Positions 28,753 through 38,806 of a stretch of 64,000 bases of DNA are shown piece by piece. The translations under genes were made by a program, and so were the position numbers. Numbering within the stretch: the stretch's first letter is position 1; every line of letters starts with the position of its first letter. The notes beneath the pieces are model-generated. The model was not told where the DNA came from, ran no database searches, and was given only the letters and a program-made list of their open reading frames with translations. The stretch spans positions 10,392 to 74,391 of IMG/VR virus record IMGVR_UViG_3300025018_000141; one strand, 5' to 3'. The DNA comes from a virus. Lineage: Duplodnaviria; Caudoviricetes.

Positions 28753-29988
28753 ATGGTAAATATACATCAAGGGTCTTGGTTTGGTTTGCCAGACTTTGGC
28801 ATAACAGAAATGCTTACGGGAAATAAAACGGGACAAGGTGGTAGTGATATCATTCCAAATCTACCAAAACCAGGGCAGCCAACAAATGATCCAAAATTAA
28901 ATTCAGTATATACAAATCCAAGTTATGGATCTCCTTCAAGTGGACAAATACAAGGAGCAATGACGGGAACTTCGAATACATCTGGCGGATTTATTGGACC
29001 CCCAGCACCTACTAATAATAATAGTGGTAATAGGGGTGGCAATAGCAGCCCATCAGACGCAGACTACGATGCTCTCGGAGTTGCAAGAGGTGATGTAGGA
29101 GGGTTAGAACGTGTTAGAAGAGAACAGGAACAAAATCGACAAAACGAAATAAACCAACAAATTATAAGAGAACAGGAACAAAATAGAGAATTAGATGCTT
29201 TATATTCAGAAACGCTTGGTGCGCTTGATAGTTCTGGGAATAGAATTAGAGAAGGTTTTGCAACGGATGAATCTAACTTAAATAGTAAAATTGACTTAAA
29301 TCTTGGAAAATTTGGAACTGAAGAAAAAAACCTGATTGGTGACATTGGAGATCAGCAGACACAATTTAATAAAACACTTGAAACTGCATATCAGCAAGCT
29401 GTGCGCGCATTTAATGCACTTAGTCAGCAAGGAAGAGCTAGATTTGGGCTTGGTGGATCAGCTGGAAGAGCTGTTGGTGAACTTGCAAATCAGGAATTTG
29501 CAAGACAGCAAGGAAACATCGGAGAAAAACAAGTTAGTGGAGCTCTTGATTTCCAAAAACAAGTAACTAGAGTAAAAGAATATGTAAGATCAAAAACAGA
29601 TGATCTTGAGCAGTATAGAAAAGAGGCGGTTGCAGAATTAAAGAAAAATATGGAAGATAGACTTACTGAAATTGATATGAAAAAGGCTGATACTATGGCA
29701 AATAAGTCTCGAGACAAAATGGCTATCATGAGAGAAACACAAACTAGAATGCAATATCTTTCAGATCAAGACAAGCAATTTAGACAGGGATTAGCAATGG
29801 CAGCCCTTACTAATATGCAGGAGATTGCAGGAAGAGCATTTACTCCAAAAGAAATTAAAGCAACACTTGCTGAATTTGGAGCGGGAATTCCAGATCTGTC
29901 TTACCAGGCTCCAACCGTACAATATAATACGGCATACAAGCCAAGCGATCAAAATGATGAGTTTAAATCATTAAGTCCATTTGGATAA
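28753..29988 (+). CDS. Putative internal virion (ejection) protein, coiled coil
   Basis: Gly/Ser-rich N-terminus followed by long heptad-like helices. Confidence 0.55.
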   Translation: MVNIHQGSWFGLPDFGITEMLTGNKTGQGGSDIIPNLPKPGQPTNDPKLNSVYTNPSYGSPSSGQIQGAMTGTSNTSGGFIGPPAPTNNNSGNRGGNSSPSDADYDALGVARGDVGGLERVRREQEQNRQNEINQQIIREQEQNRELDALYSETLGALDSSGNRIREGFATDESNLNSKIDLNLGKFGTEEKNLIGDIGDQQTQFNKTLETAYQQAVRAFNALSQQGRARFGLGGSAGRAVGELANQEFARQQGNIGEKQVSGALDFQKQVTRVKEYVRSKTDDLEQYRKEAVAELKKNMEDRLTEIDMKKADTMANKSRDKMAIMRETQTRMQYLSDQDKQFRQGLAMAALTNMQEIAGRAFTPKEIKATLAEFGAGIPDLSYQAPTVQYNTAYKPSDQNDEFKSLSPFG

Positions 29989-30008
29989 ACACTTAAAAAA
30001 AACTATGT

Positions 30009-31112
30009 ATGGCACTCAAATTCAAATCAGCACTAGACGACGCTATCGAGAAATATAATAACCGATCAATCGGTACGACGTCTACTACAAAACTTGCCAC
30101 ATTTACACAAGAAAATAGACTCAAATTTGACCCAAAAAACTTCAGTACTGACTATAAAAAATATAATGATGGTCAGAACAAATCACTTCAAAGTATTCAG
30201 AAAGACTATAAGGATGCCCCATTCAATACCCCAATTAATATTCCAACTGGAAAGCCAAAAAATATATTACAAAGGGTAGGTTCTAATGCGGCTCAAGCTG
30301 TCGGAAATATGGTCTCTTCGGTTCCTTACTCTGTTTCTCAATGGAGTATAGATGATCGAAAAAAATCTATTAAAGAAATTACACCTCAACAAGCAACCGA
30401 ACAGAGAAAATATAATGAAGAAGCTGCAAATAAGTGGAATAAAATTCCAGCAAGGGTAGGACCAATACTTTTTGACGAACCACAAGTAAGTGACGCATCT
30501 GCTCAAGCAGTTGACTATAGACCATCCGAATATGTCCAATATCCCACTAATCCAAATTTAGAAAATATCAAACAAAAAATATTATTAGGGGGTAATATTA
30601 GACCAGCGGCAAAAGAATATTTGAGTAAGGTGCCTATTGTTTATCAAAAGGTTGGACCAGATGAAAAATGGTTTGGTAGAGCGGCAAATTCTGGTAAACC
30701 AGGAGCATATATAGGAATAAATTCAGAAGTCAAAGATCCTAAAGAACTCGAGACTGTCATAAAGCATGAATTATTACATCAAGCTCCACGGCTCGTACCA
30801 CCAGAATTGTTTCACCCTAAAAATGAACCAGTGATAGAAGAGTATACAGAAAGATGGGGAGATGAATATATGAAACGAAATCCAAAAGCTTTAGTAGAGG
30901 AAATGTTTGCGGAGGAAGCTTTGCCCCCCGCATTTTATTGGCATATTTTTAAAAAAATTAATCCTAAAGCAAAAGAACAAGACTTTATTGGATACATGAA
31001 ATCATTCTATATGAATAATATTAATAATCCGCAACCAGTAGAACAACCTATCGGAGTAGAACAACCTATCGGACCAGCGGTCAATATGGGATATTCCCAA
31101 CAAGCACAATAA
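30009..31112 (+). CDS. Putative internal virion protein with HExxH metallopeptidase-like domain
   Basis: VIKHELLHQA..VEEMFAE. Confidence 0.55.
   Translation: MALKFKSALDDAIEKYNNRSIGTTSTTKLATFTQENRLKFDPKNFSTDYKKYNDGQNKSLQSIQKDYKDAPFNTPINIPTGKPKNILQRVGSNAAQAVGNMVSSVPYSVSQWSIDDRKKSIKEITPQQATEQRKYNEEAANKWNKIPARVGPILFDEPQVSDASAQAVDYRPSEYVQYPTNPNLENIKQKILLGGNIRPAAKEYLSKVPIVYQKVGPDEKWFGRAANSGKPGAYIGINSEVKDPKELETVIKHELLHQAPRLVPPELFHPKNEPVIEEYTERWGDEYMKRNPKALVEEMFAEEALPPAFYWHIFKKINPKAKEQDFIGYMKSFYMNNINNPQPVEQPIGVEQPIGPAVNMGYSQQAQ
31038..31073 (+). repeat. 18-bp tandem duplication (VEQPIG x2)
   Basis: GTAGAACAACCTATCGGA occurs twice in tandem. Confidence 0.9.
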
Positions 31113-31113
31113 T

Positions 31114-34100
31114 ATGAATTTTCTGGATAAATTGAAACAAGCAATTCAAGGAATGCAACACAACTTTAGTAATACTTCTAAGGCATCAAATAATGTGGGA
31201 CAAATTAAGAGTAGCAATGCGTTTTCTACTCCAGTAAGAAATAACATATCATTTTCAACACAAAGACAAAGCCCAAGAATTTCATACACGCCATATACTC
31301 CACCCGAACCACCAAAAATTCCAATGACCCTTAGAGATCAAAAAGATCAAGTACGACAAAGCTTTCAAAATAATTATAAAGACGCTCCTTTTAATACCCC
31401 AATTAAAATTCCTACGACTCCAGAAGAAAATAAGCTAACTACTGCATTAAAATATGGAAAAGATTTACTTCAAGAAACAGGGAGAGCGCTCCCATATGGA
31501 TTTAAATTAAGTGCCGACAAGGCAAAGATTGGACTCGGGGTGGGATTAGATGCATTGAAAAATATGGGACCAAGTTATCAAGAGGCTCAAGCCGTCACAT
31601 TTCCATTTAAAAATCTCCCTGGAGCAGATTCTAATAGACTTGACAGAGTTAAACAAGGATTGTTACAGGGTGGAATAGCTGGCGTAGATAAAACACAACA
31701 AGAAATGGAACAAAATATTGGAGTTATGCAAGATCATGGAGGATTTGGAGAAAATTTAAAAGATCCAAAATGGGTAGGAAGAATGCTTTCGGTAAATGTA
31801 CCAAGCTTTTTGACCTCTCTTGGAATTGGAGTTGCTGTTTCTGCCACTACTAAGAATCCTGTATTGGGGTATGCTGCTGGATTCTCCCCATCGTATTTAC
31901 AGAACGCAGGAGATGTATATAATGAGGCTAAAAAATCAGGAGCAGACGATCCAACCGCCATGAAAACAGCCAACTTGGTTGGAGCCATTAATGGAATACT
32001 TGACACTCTTGGTATTAGTAGCATTATTAATAAAGCTGGTGGAGGCAAGGCAGCTGGTTTGGTTGTCAAAGAAATATTAAAAAATATGGCAGTAGCTATG
32101 CCAGAGGAAGGTGTGACCGAGGGAATACAACAAATTGTCCAAAATTCTATTGCTCGGGTTTATTATGATCATAAAAGAGATCTTTTTGCAGGCGTTCCAG
32201 AAAGTGTGTTTTTTGGAACAGTTATGGGTGGAGGAGGATCGGTTAGCACAGACATAATGATAGGATCATACAATGCATACCAATCTTTACCACAAGACGT
32301 AAAAGAAGGGGGATATATTAGTACTGATATATTTAAAAAAGATATAGAAAGCTCTCTACAATCTGCACAATCACCAGAAGAAGGGGCTCAAATAATAAAA
32401 CAGGAAGCAGATAAAATAATAAATACATCAACAAATCAAAATGACTTGAAAGCTCTTAGGGCAGCGCTGAATAAAATTATAAATGAAAGTGTTGGGACTT
32501 CTGGTAATTGGAAGCGTGATTATTATATTCAAAACGCTGAAGTATTTGGAAATCCTAACAACTTACATCTAAATGAAGCGGCAAATCAGATAGAGCGGAT
32601 TGATGAGATTATTGCAAAAGGAGATATTAATCAATCAAAACAGGAAACTCTTCCAAGTGATTTGAGAAATGCAAAACCAAGATACGGATATGGAGATAAA
32701 CTTTATACTCTTAATTTTAAAAATGATATTGATAAGGCGCTCTATATTGTTGGAAATGCAAAAACAACTTCTGCTCGAGACTCAGACTACATGAGCTTTC
32801 TAAAACAAATTTATCCACAAGCAACTGATGTAGAAATCAGAACTAAAGGAATGGAAGTTAGAAAATCTATTAAACAAATGGCGGCGCAGGGAGACGGTGG
32901 AGAACTAAATATTCCAAGTATTAATATGAGCACTCCAGCGAGGGCTGAGAACGCTCCTGCCGCGCCCGTAGATACCGCCGAGGCATTAGGCGTAGAATCA
33001 AGCATTCGAGATAATGTAAACAGAATACAACAAGATTTTTTAGATGGAAAAATAACAATAGAAGAGAGAAAGGCGCTTGCTGAAAAGGAATTCGCAAGAA
33101 GTAAGCAACCCGAAACTACACCAGACATAAGAATCCAAACAAAAATAGACCCAGAAGACACTACGGTTGTAAATGAAGCAATTAATACTGTTAATAATGC
33201 AACTGAGTTGCAAGATTTGATGGATCCAAATTATGCAAAAGCAGATGAAATTATTCGGGACTTTGCTAATACGTATATTGGAGATGCAACATTACAACAA
33301 AAAGACATAACAGAAATAATTCCAATTATTCAAGAAGCAATCGCTGGCCAAGAGAAAACATCAGAGAAAAATAAAGTTGTTGACGTGCCACCAACAGAAA
33401 CAGGACCAACTGTTGATATTGTTGGAGAAGATGTTCAAGCTGGACCACCAAGTGAAGGAGCTACGAGTGAATTAACTACTCCAGTTGCCCCAGAACAAAC
33501 AGCAGTAGAACAAACGCAAATAGATGGCACATACAAACAACCAAAAGTTGCGCCCGAGATCCCACTTGGAAAAGCAGTATGGACATCTGGTGGGGTTAAT
33601 CATAACGTTACTGTAACGGGCTACCTAGGTCTTGATGCAAATGGAGTGCAATATGTTTCTGTTGCGGAAAGTAAAACAGGCGTTCCTGTTGAACAAATAA
33701 CATTTCCTGGGAAAAAACAAAGTCAATTAATCGAATCAATCAAAAATAATGAAGAAAATAGATCTCAAATAAAAGAAGAGGCTTTTCATCTATATGACAC
33801 AACCACAGATGAAGGAAGAATGGGCCTTGGAAGGGAATATGTTAAAAATAATGAAACAGCGGCGGTTGAGCGCGCCATTTCGAATGAAGAGCTCACAAAT
33901 GAACTTATTGGTATATATTTTGCATTAGATGAATCTCTACAACAACAGGCTGATGCCGCACAAAAAGCAGGAAATATGGCAGAAGCAGAAAGACTAGACT
34001 CTCTTGCAACAAGAATTGATAATAAACTTGCTGAAAAAGTAACTGCGCCTGGACAAATTTTGCAATTTCTTCATAAATGGTCTGGAAGATCTTCTCAGTC

Positions 34101-36651
34101 TGTTATTCGTTGGGCAAATAAAATTCACGATCAGGCAAACGAGCAGTGGCATTTTAAAAATCTTATTGGACAAAAAAATGACTTTAAAGTAACAAAAGAA
34201 ATGGAAAGTATGATTATATCTGAAATGAAAAATATAAAGAGAATCAGTGATCCTAAAGAAAAAAGCGCGGCAATGCTTAAATTATTAAGAACAATTACAA
34301 AAGACATCCCTCCATCTATCATGCAATACACAGACGCATATAGATATGAGAATATGCTTTCAAGTCCACGCACACACATGAAGAATTCTTTCTTTAATAT
34401 TTTGAATACAGAAGTACTATATCCAAGTACTCTATTTTTGAAGGGTGTAAATAACTTTCTTTTTTCGGGAATAACTGACATCTTTGGAAAACCAGGAGAA
34501 TTTAAAGTTTCGGATGTTGGAAAATATTATAAGGGACAGTTAAATGGATTTGGTACCGCTGTATCCGAGTTTGGTGATGTGATGAATGGAACACTGACTG
34601 CCTTAGATATACAATCAAAATATGGAGATAACTACGATACAAATGTAGCAAGTATTGCCGCACTAACTTCTGAAAATATGCCAGTATACCTTCAATTCTT
34701 CAAACGCCTACTTATTGCATCTGATCGATTTATGACAAATATAATTTCAGCTGGAGAAAAAGATGTTCAACTTAGTAAGGGATTGTCTGAAGAAGCGGCA
34801 AATAAAAAAGCCGTAGAAACTGCAACTTATTGGCTTTATAATAACAAAAATGATCCATACAATACCACTGGTCAAGGACCCGTTTTAGCTGCATTTGATC
34901 GGGCAAAAACTCTGATATCACAAGCTGGAAGACTATCATTTATTGGGCCCCCTATTCGTTTATTCATTCCATTTGTAAATATTCCTATAAACGTCGCAAA
35001 AATGTCATGGGAATTCACACCAGTGACAGGTCCAACAACTCTTGTTGGAAATACGAGAAAAGCAGATCAAATTGCAAAAATGCAAATGGGGACACTTGTT
35101 GCCTTTGGTTTTATGGCAATGGCTGCAAAAGGAATGACTGCATGGGAACCCCCACAAGACGAAAAGGGTCGCGCGGCATTCTATGCATCTGGAAGAAAAC
35201 CATATTCATTTTATTCTCCACTTACAAAACAATGGATTCCAGTAACCGTATTGGGACCACTTTCTTGGGCAGCGGGAATACCTATGGCATTTCATCATTA
35301 TGCGAAAGAAGATAAGTATGCTCTTACAGACAGTCAACTCAAGCAGGCAGGGGCGGCAATTTTAAGCGCATGGAAATTTTTTGCAGAACAAACACCGATA
35401 CAAGGAATTGGTGGCATTGCTGGAACACTTTCTGGAGACTTGGGGACAAGTCCAGGAAAAATAATTGGGTACAACTCAACTCAATTTATACCATGGAGCT
35501 CAATGCAGAGATATATAAACTCAATAATAGATCCAATATTTAGAAAGGGTAAGGGATTCAAAGAAGAAATACAAAAAGTTGTTGTCGGTCAAACATTTGG
35601 AATGGACCCACATACAACCCCAACTGGAGAAGAATCAAGAAGAAATTTTTCAGACGTTGCCTTTCCAATTTCTGTTGGAGATGCAAATCCAGAGTTTGAC
35701 GCAGTATATAAAAATAGAGTAAAAGAAAACCAACAAAGAGCTATAACAAATGAATTTGAAAAAGCAGTTGAAAGTGGTGACATTTTGAAAGTATCTGGAG
35801 CTAAAACTGCAAATGGGGAAAAGCTTTCGGATGCAGACGTTAAATCTCGAATGAAGTTGTATTTCGAAACAGATAGTCCAGAGCTTCAACAACAAATAGA
35901 AAATACTCTCGTTGCTGGTGGATGGAGTATTGCCGATGCGGTAGAGCTTACCGTTGCGGCAGATATTGAGGATCAAATCAAGGGAATGTCTGAGCCTGTA
36001 CAAAAATTATTAAAAAGATCAGCAGACTATAAAACAATAGACAAACTTATTGAAACATATGGGGATAAGCCTGGGGCCGAGGCAATCATTGAAGCAAAAA
36101 TGAAAGAAAAAGGAATTACGATGGAGGATATGATTTATGACTCTAAAACAAATTTGCCCGACGATGTACAAACTGAGGAAATTACATCCATTATTCAGGG
36201 ACTTTCGAATGAAGAAATGCTTGATACTTTACTTTCTTTCAGAAGAGTTTCTGAGGGATCTAGAAAGGCACTTCTTACCGACACTATCATTAATAAACTT
36301 CAGAAATCTGGTGTTCTTTCAAAAGCAGAAGCAACTTATCTCAAGAGTATGGAGTGGGATGGAAAATCAAAGAGTCTAATAAAGGCAAAATCAGCAGGTA
36401 AAAAACCTAGCTTAGTAAGCTTTAAATCTCCATCTTCGGCAAAATACTCTCCACAGGGAACTTCAATTCAGGGTCCAAATAAAATTAGTTTGAGTAATCT
36501 TAAACTGTCCGATGGGGTAATGAGAAAATTGAGCGCATCAATTCCTAAATTCCAAAAAATAAGTACAAATCTTGGAACAGGAACGGGTACAAAAATTTCA
36601 ACTCAAATACCACAAATGACAAGCTCTATTTATCAATTAGGAAAAGTATAA
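31114..36651 (+). CDS. Large (1845 aa) internal virion / ejection protein
   Basis: Size and position; PEEGVTEGIQQ, FIPFVNIP.NV and FIPWSSMQR motifs typical of large podophage internal proteins. Confidence 0.65.
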   Translation: MNFLDKLKQAIQGMQHNFSNTSKASNNVGQIKSSNAFSTPVRNNISFSTQRQSPRISYTPYTPPEPPKIPMTLRDQKDQVRQSFQNNYKDAPFNTPIKIPTTPEENKLTTALKYGKDLLQETGRALPYGFKLSADKAKIGLGVGLDALKNMGPSYQEAQAVTFPFKNLPGADSNRLDRVKQGLLQGGIAGVDKTQQEMEQNIGVMQDHGGFGENLKDPKWVGRMLSVNVPSFLTSLGIGVAVSATTKNPVLGYAAGFSPSYLQNAGDVYNEAKKSGADDPTAMKTANLVGAINGILDTLGISSIINKAGGGKAAGLVVKEILKNMAVAMPEEGVTEGIQQIVQNSIARVYYDHKRDLFAGVPESVFFGTVMGGGGSVSTDIMIGSYNAYQSLPQDVKEGGYISTDIFKKDIESSLQSAQSPEEGAQIIKQEADKIINTSTNQNDLKALRAALNKIINESVGTSGNWKRDYYIQNAEVFGNPNNLHLNEAANQIERIDEIIAKGDINQSKQETLPSDLRNAKPRYGYGDKLYTLNFKNDIDKALYIVGNAKTTSARDSDYMSFLKQIYPQATDVEIRTKGMEVRKSIKQMAAQGDGGELNIPSINMSTPARAENAPAAPVDTAEALGVESSIRDNVNRIQQDFLDGKITIEERKALAEKEFARSKQPETTPDIRIQTKIDPEDTTVVNEAINTVNNATELQDLMDPNYAKADEIIRDFANTYIGDATLQQKDITEIIPIIQEAIAGQEKTSEKNKVVDVPPTETGPTVDIVGEDVQAGPPSEGATSELTTPVAPEQTAVEQTQIDGTYKQPKVAPEIPLGKAVWTSGGVNHNVTVTGYLGLDANGVQYVSVAESKTGVPVEQITFPGKKQSQLIESIKNNEENRSQIKEEAFHLYDTTTDEGRMGLGREYVKNNETAAVERAISNEELTNELIGIYFALDESLQQQADAAQKAGNMAEAERLDSLATRIDNKLAEKVTAPGQILQFLHKWSGRSSQSVIRWANKIHDQANEQWHFKNLIGQKNDFKVTKEMESMIISEMKNIKRISDPKEKSAAMLKLLRTITKDIPPSIMQYTDAYRYENMLSSPRTHMKNSFFNILNTEVLYPSTLFLKGVNNFLFSGITDIFGKPGEFKVSDVGKYYKGQLNGFGTAVSEFGDVMNGTLTALDIQSKYGDNYDTNVASIAALTSENMPVYLQFFKRLLIASDRFMTNIISAGEKDVQLSKGLSEEAANKKAVETATYWLYNNKNDPYNTTGQGPVLAAFDRAKTLISQAGRLSFIGPPIRLFIPFVNIPINVAKMSWEFTPVTGPTTLVGNTRKADQIAKMQMGTLVAFGFMAMAAKGMTAWEPPQDEKGRAAFYASGRKPYSFYSPLTKQWIPVTVLGPLSWAAGIPMAFHHYAKEDKYALTDSQLKQAGAAILSAWKFFAEQTPIQGIGGIAGTLSGDLGTSPGKIIGYNSTQFIPWSSMQRYINSIIDPIFRKGKGFKEEIQKVVVGQTFGMDPHTTPTGEESRRNFSDVAFPISVGDANPEFDAVYKNRVKENQQRAITNEFEKAVESGDILKVSGAKTANGEKLSDADVKSRMKLYFETDSPELQQQIENTLVAGGWSIADAVELTVAADIEDQIKGMSEPVQKLLKRSADYKTIDKLIETYGDKPGAEAIIEAKMKEKGITMEDMIYDSKTNLPDDVQTEEITSIIQGLSNEEMLDTLLSFRRVSEGSRKALLTDTIINKLQKSGVLSKAEATYLKSMEWDGKSKSLIKAKSAGKKPSLVSFKSPSSAKYSPQGTSIQGPNKISLSNLKLSDGVMRKLSASIPKFQKISTNLGTGTGTKISTQIPQMTSSIYQLGKV

Positions 36652-37412
36652 TGGCAAAACAATCAGCACTAGAATCCCTCTTGGGATCAATAAAATCAGC
36701 ACGGCTCCCCGACAAAAATTATCAAAATGTTCAAAAGTGGGCAGATACTTTTGGATTTAGTATGCCCGACAGAAATAATGAAGTTGCACCAATTTCAGCG
36801 CCAGCTATAAAAGAAAATGAAAGAATGCTAAAAAGACAAAATTATATACGAAATGGATGGACATTCGATAGTATGAGCCCATATGAAACACAAATATACA
36901 ATGATCGCCCACCAGAACCTTCAAAATTTATAGAAAAAAATACAGCGGTATTGCCTAAAAATTCTCAAGAATTCCAAACAATGGCAACACCAATATTTGA
37001 TAAATATAAAATTCCATATGCTGTGGGTATGGGAATGTACGCTGGTGAGGGAAGGGGTCAAGGTCTTGGAGCTTCAAGAAATAATTTTTACAATATTGGA
37101 GCTTGGGATTCAAATCCAGGAAACGCTTCTACATTCGAAACACCAGAAGCGGGTATTGAGGCTTATGCTAAATTTATTTCTGGACAATTTGATAGATATG
37201 CAAGCCCAGAGCATCAACAGAAGTTTGCCGAGGCATATAATTTGAGAGAAGATCCAGTTGCATATTTGAAAGCAATTCAGAATGCTGGATATGCTGGTGA
37301 TCCAAATACATATGCAGAAAGAGCAACAAACGACTATTCATCATATGCAGACTTCATTATGGCTACTCCAGAGTGGAAATCAAACTACCAACTATTGGCA
37401 AATTCTAATTAA
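36651..37412 (+). CDS. Virion-associated glucosaminidase (GH73-like) muralytic protein
   Basis: GEGRG, NNFYNIGA, FETPEAGIEAY, GYAGDPNTY. Confidence 0.75.
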   Translation: MAKQSALESLLGSIKSARLPDKNYQNVQKWADTFGFSMPDRNNEVAPISAPAIKENERMLKRQNYIRNGWTFDSMSPYETQIYNDRPPEPSKFIEKNTAVLPKNSQEFQTMATPIFDKYKIPYAVGMGMYAGEGRGQGLGASRNNFYNIGAWDSNPGNASTFETPEAGIEAYAKFISGQFDRYASPEHQQKFAEAYNLREDPVAYLKAIQNAGYAGDPNTYAERATNDYSSYADFIMATPEWKSNYQLLANSN

Positions 37413-37450
37413 TGTTGATAAAAAATAATAAGTATGTTAGTCTATAAAAA

Positions 37451-37535
37451 GGAAGAATCAGGAGTGGCTATCCAAACAACTTTGCTAAAGTTGTAGTCTT
37501 CGGACTCGTAGGTTCAAATCCTACTTCTTCCGCCA
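37451..37535 (+). tRNA. tRNA-Ser(GCT)
   Basis: Cloverleaf; anticodon arm CAACT-TTGCTAA-AGTTG; long variable arm; encoded CCA. Confidence 0.9.
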
Positions 37536-37560
37536 CGGAAAGTAGCTTAGAAGGTAGGGT
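37536..37560 (+). pseudogene. 5' fragment of a tRNA (Pro-like)
   Basis: CGGAAAGTAGCTTAGAAGGTAG resembles a tRNA-Pro acceptor + D-arm start, then breaks off before the HNH gene. Confidence 0.45.
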
Positions 37561-37571
37561 ATGCCGTTTAT

Positions 37572-37994
37572 TTGAAAATGTATAAAAACAGAAAAGAAAG
37601 AAAATCTTTAGGATTTTGTTCAGACTGCCCTAATAAGTCTGTAAACGGATATGGTTATTGCAAATCCTGTTTGGTAAAACGTAGGGACAAGAATAGAGAA
37701 ATTAGGTCAACAAATAAAAAAGATGTAATAAGTCATTATGGAGGACAGTGTTCCTGTTGTGGAGAGGAAAGGTTAGAGTTCTTAACAATAGATCATATAA
37801 ATAATGATGGTGCAATACATAAAAAAGAAGTTGGCGGTAGTGGCGATGCAATGTACAGGTGGATTAAAAAGAACAAATACCCTAAAAATAGATTTCAAAT
37901 CCTTTGTTATAATTGTAACTGTTCTAAGGGATTCATGGGATATTGTCCACATAAAAAAGAAAAACAGTATATGGCTCAGATGGAAGAGCGCTAA
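37572..37994 (+). CDS. HNH/Endo VII-like homing endonuclease
   Basis: CSCCG, LTIDHINNDG, LCYNCN; 3' end overlaps tRNA-Pro. Confidence 0.8.
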   Translation: MKMYKNRKERKSLGFCSDCPNKSVNGYGYCKSCLVKRRDKNREIRSTNKKDVISHYGGQCSCCGEERLEFLTIDHINNDGAIHKKEVGGSGDAMYRWIKKNKYPKNRFQILCYNCNCSKGFMGYCPHKKEKQYMAQMEER

Positions 37995-38037
37995 GCCTGG
38001 AACTTAGAGGTCGCAGGTCCGAGTCCTGCTATACTGA
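37965..38037 (+). tRNA. tRNA-Pro(TGG)
   Basis: Acceptor CAGTATA/TATACTG; anticodon arm CTAAG-CCTGGAA-CTTAG. Confidence 0.85.
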
Positions 38038-38038
38038 C

Positions 38039-38293
38039 ATGAGAAGTAAAGATATGGTAAATTGGAGCAGTCCAAAATACTATCAAAGTGGATGGGAAAA
38101 GTTTCATCAACACTTTGGAAAAAGAAAAGACCCAAAGTATTGTAAAAAACTAAAGGGTCCACATAATTATGTTTTAATCGAACATAAAGATAAGTCTTTT
38201 TGGAGATTTGATTGGGAAATCTTTACATATAAATGTAGTGGGTGTACAAAACAGCTCTATCGAAGCAAGCCATTAAAAGAAATGCGAGTGTAG
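38039..38293 (+). CDS. Small hypothetical protein
   Basis: ORF between tRNAs; CSGC motif. Confidence 0.5.
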   Translation: MRSKDMVNWSSPKYYQSGWEKFHQHFGKRKDPKYCKKLKGPHNYVLIEHKDKSFWRFDWEIFTYKCSGCTKQLYRSKPLKEMRV

Positions 38294-38354
38294 TTAAACG
38301 GTTTAACGACTGCCTTCCAAGCAGTAAACGCGGGTTCGACTCCTGTCACTTGCT
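38284..38354 (+). tRNA. tRNA-Gly(TCC)
   Basis: ACTGC-CTTCCAA-GCAGT; GGTTCGACTCC T-arm. Confidence 0.9.
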
Positions 38355-38360
38355 CATTAA

Positions 38361-38432
38361 GCGAGATTAGCATAACGGCTAATGCACCTCGTTGCCAACG
38401 AGGCTACACCAGTTCGATTCTGGTATTTCGCT
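38361..38432 (+). tRNA. tRNA-Gly(GCC)
   Basis: CCTCG-TTGCCAA-CGAGG. Confidence 0.9.
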
Positions 38433-38460
38433 CAAACAAATATTAAGTATAAAAATAATA

Positions 38461-38545
38461 GGAGGAAATCCGAACGGTGAGGATGCTGCTTTGAAACCAG
38501 TTAGTCGTAACTGACCTGCGGGTTCGATTCCTGCTTCCTCCGCCA
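38461..38545 (+). tRNA. tRNA-Ser(TGA)
   Basis: Loop TTTGAAA, long variable arm, encoded CCA. Confidence 0.85.
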
Positions 38546-38618
38546 GGTCTCTTCGACAAGTGGCATAAGTCATCTACCTGCAAAGTAGACATCACGGGTT
38601 CGATTCCTGTAGAGACCT
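38546..38618 (+). tRNA. tRNA-Cys(GCA)
   Basis: TCTAC-CTGCAAA-GTAGA; U73. Confidence 0.9.
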
Positions 38619-38624
38619 CTAAAA

Positions 38625-38699
38625 AGACGCATAGTCGAGCGGAAAGACGCTTCTCTGATAAAGAAGAAATCGGTTGTTCGATTCAACCTGTGTCTACCA
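38625..38699 (+). tRNA. tRNA-Ile(GAT)
   Basis: CTTCT-CTGATAA-AGAAG; encoded CCA. Confidence 0.9.
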
Positions 38700-38771
38700 A
38701 GGGGTGTAGCTAAGCGGTAAAGCATTACTCTTATAAAGTAAAGATCATACGTTCGAATCGTATCGTCCCTA
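38700..38771 (+). tRNA. tRNA-Ile(TAT)
   Basis: TTACT-CTTATAA-AGTAA; A73. Confidence 0.85.
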
Positions 38772-38806
38772 CATAAACTAATAACACACAAATGTTATAG
38801 AAATAT

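Noticed and set aside
751-36379. Numerous 60-170 aa ORFs antisense or frame-shifted within larger genes (e.g. 1316..1822, 20203..20628, 23812..24210, 32811..33161)
   Set aside because: They are fully nested in well-supported genes and have shadow-ORF composition.
38379-38791. Minus-strand ORFs 38379..38573 and 38570..38791
   Set aside because: They are antisense shadows of tRNA genes.
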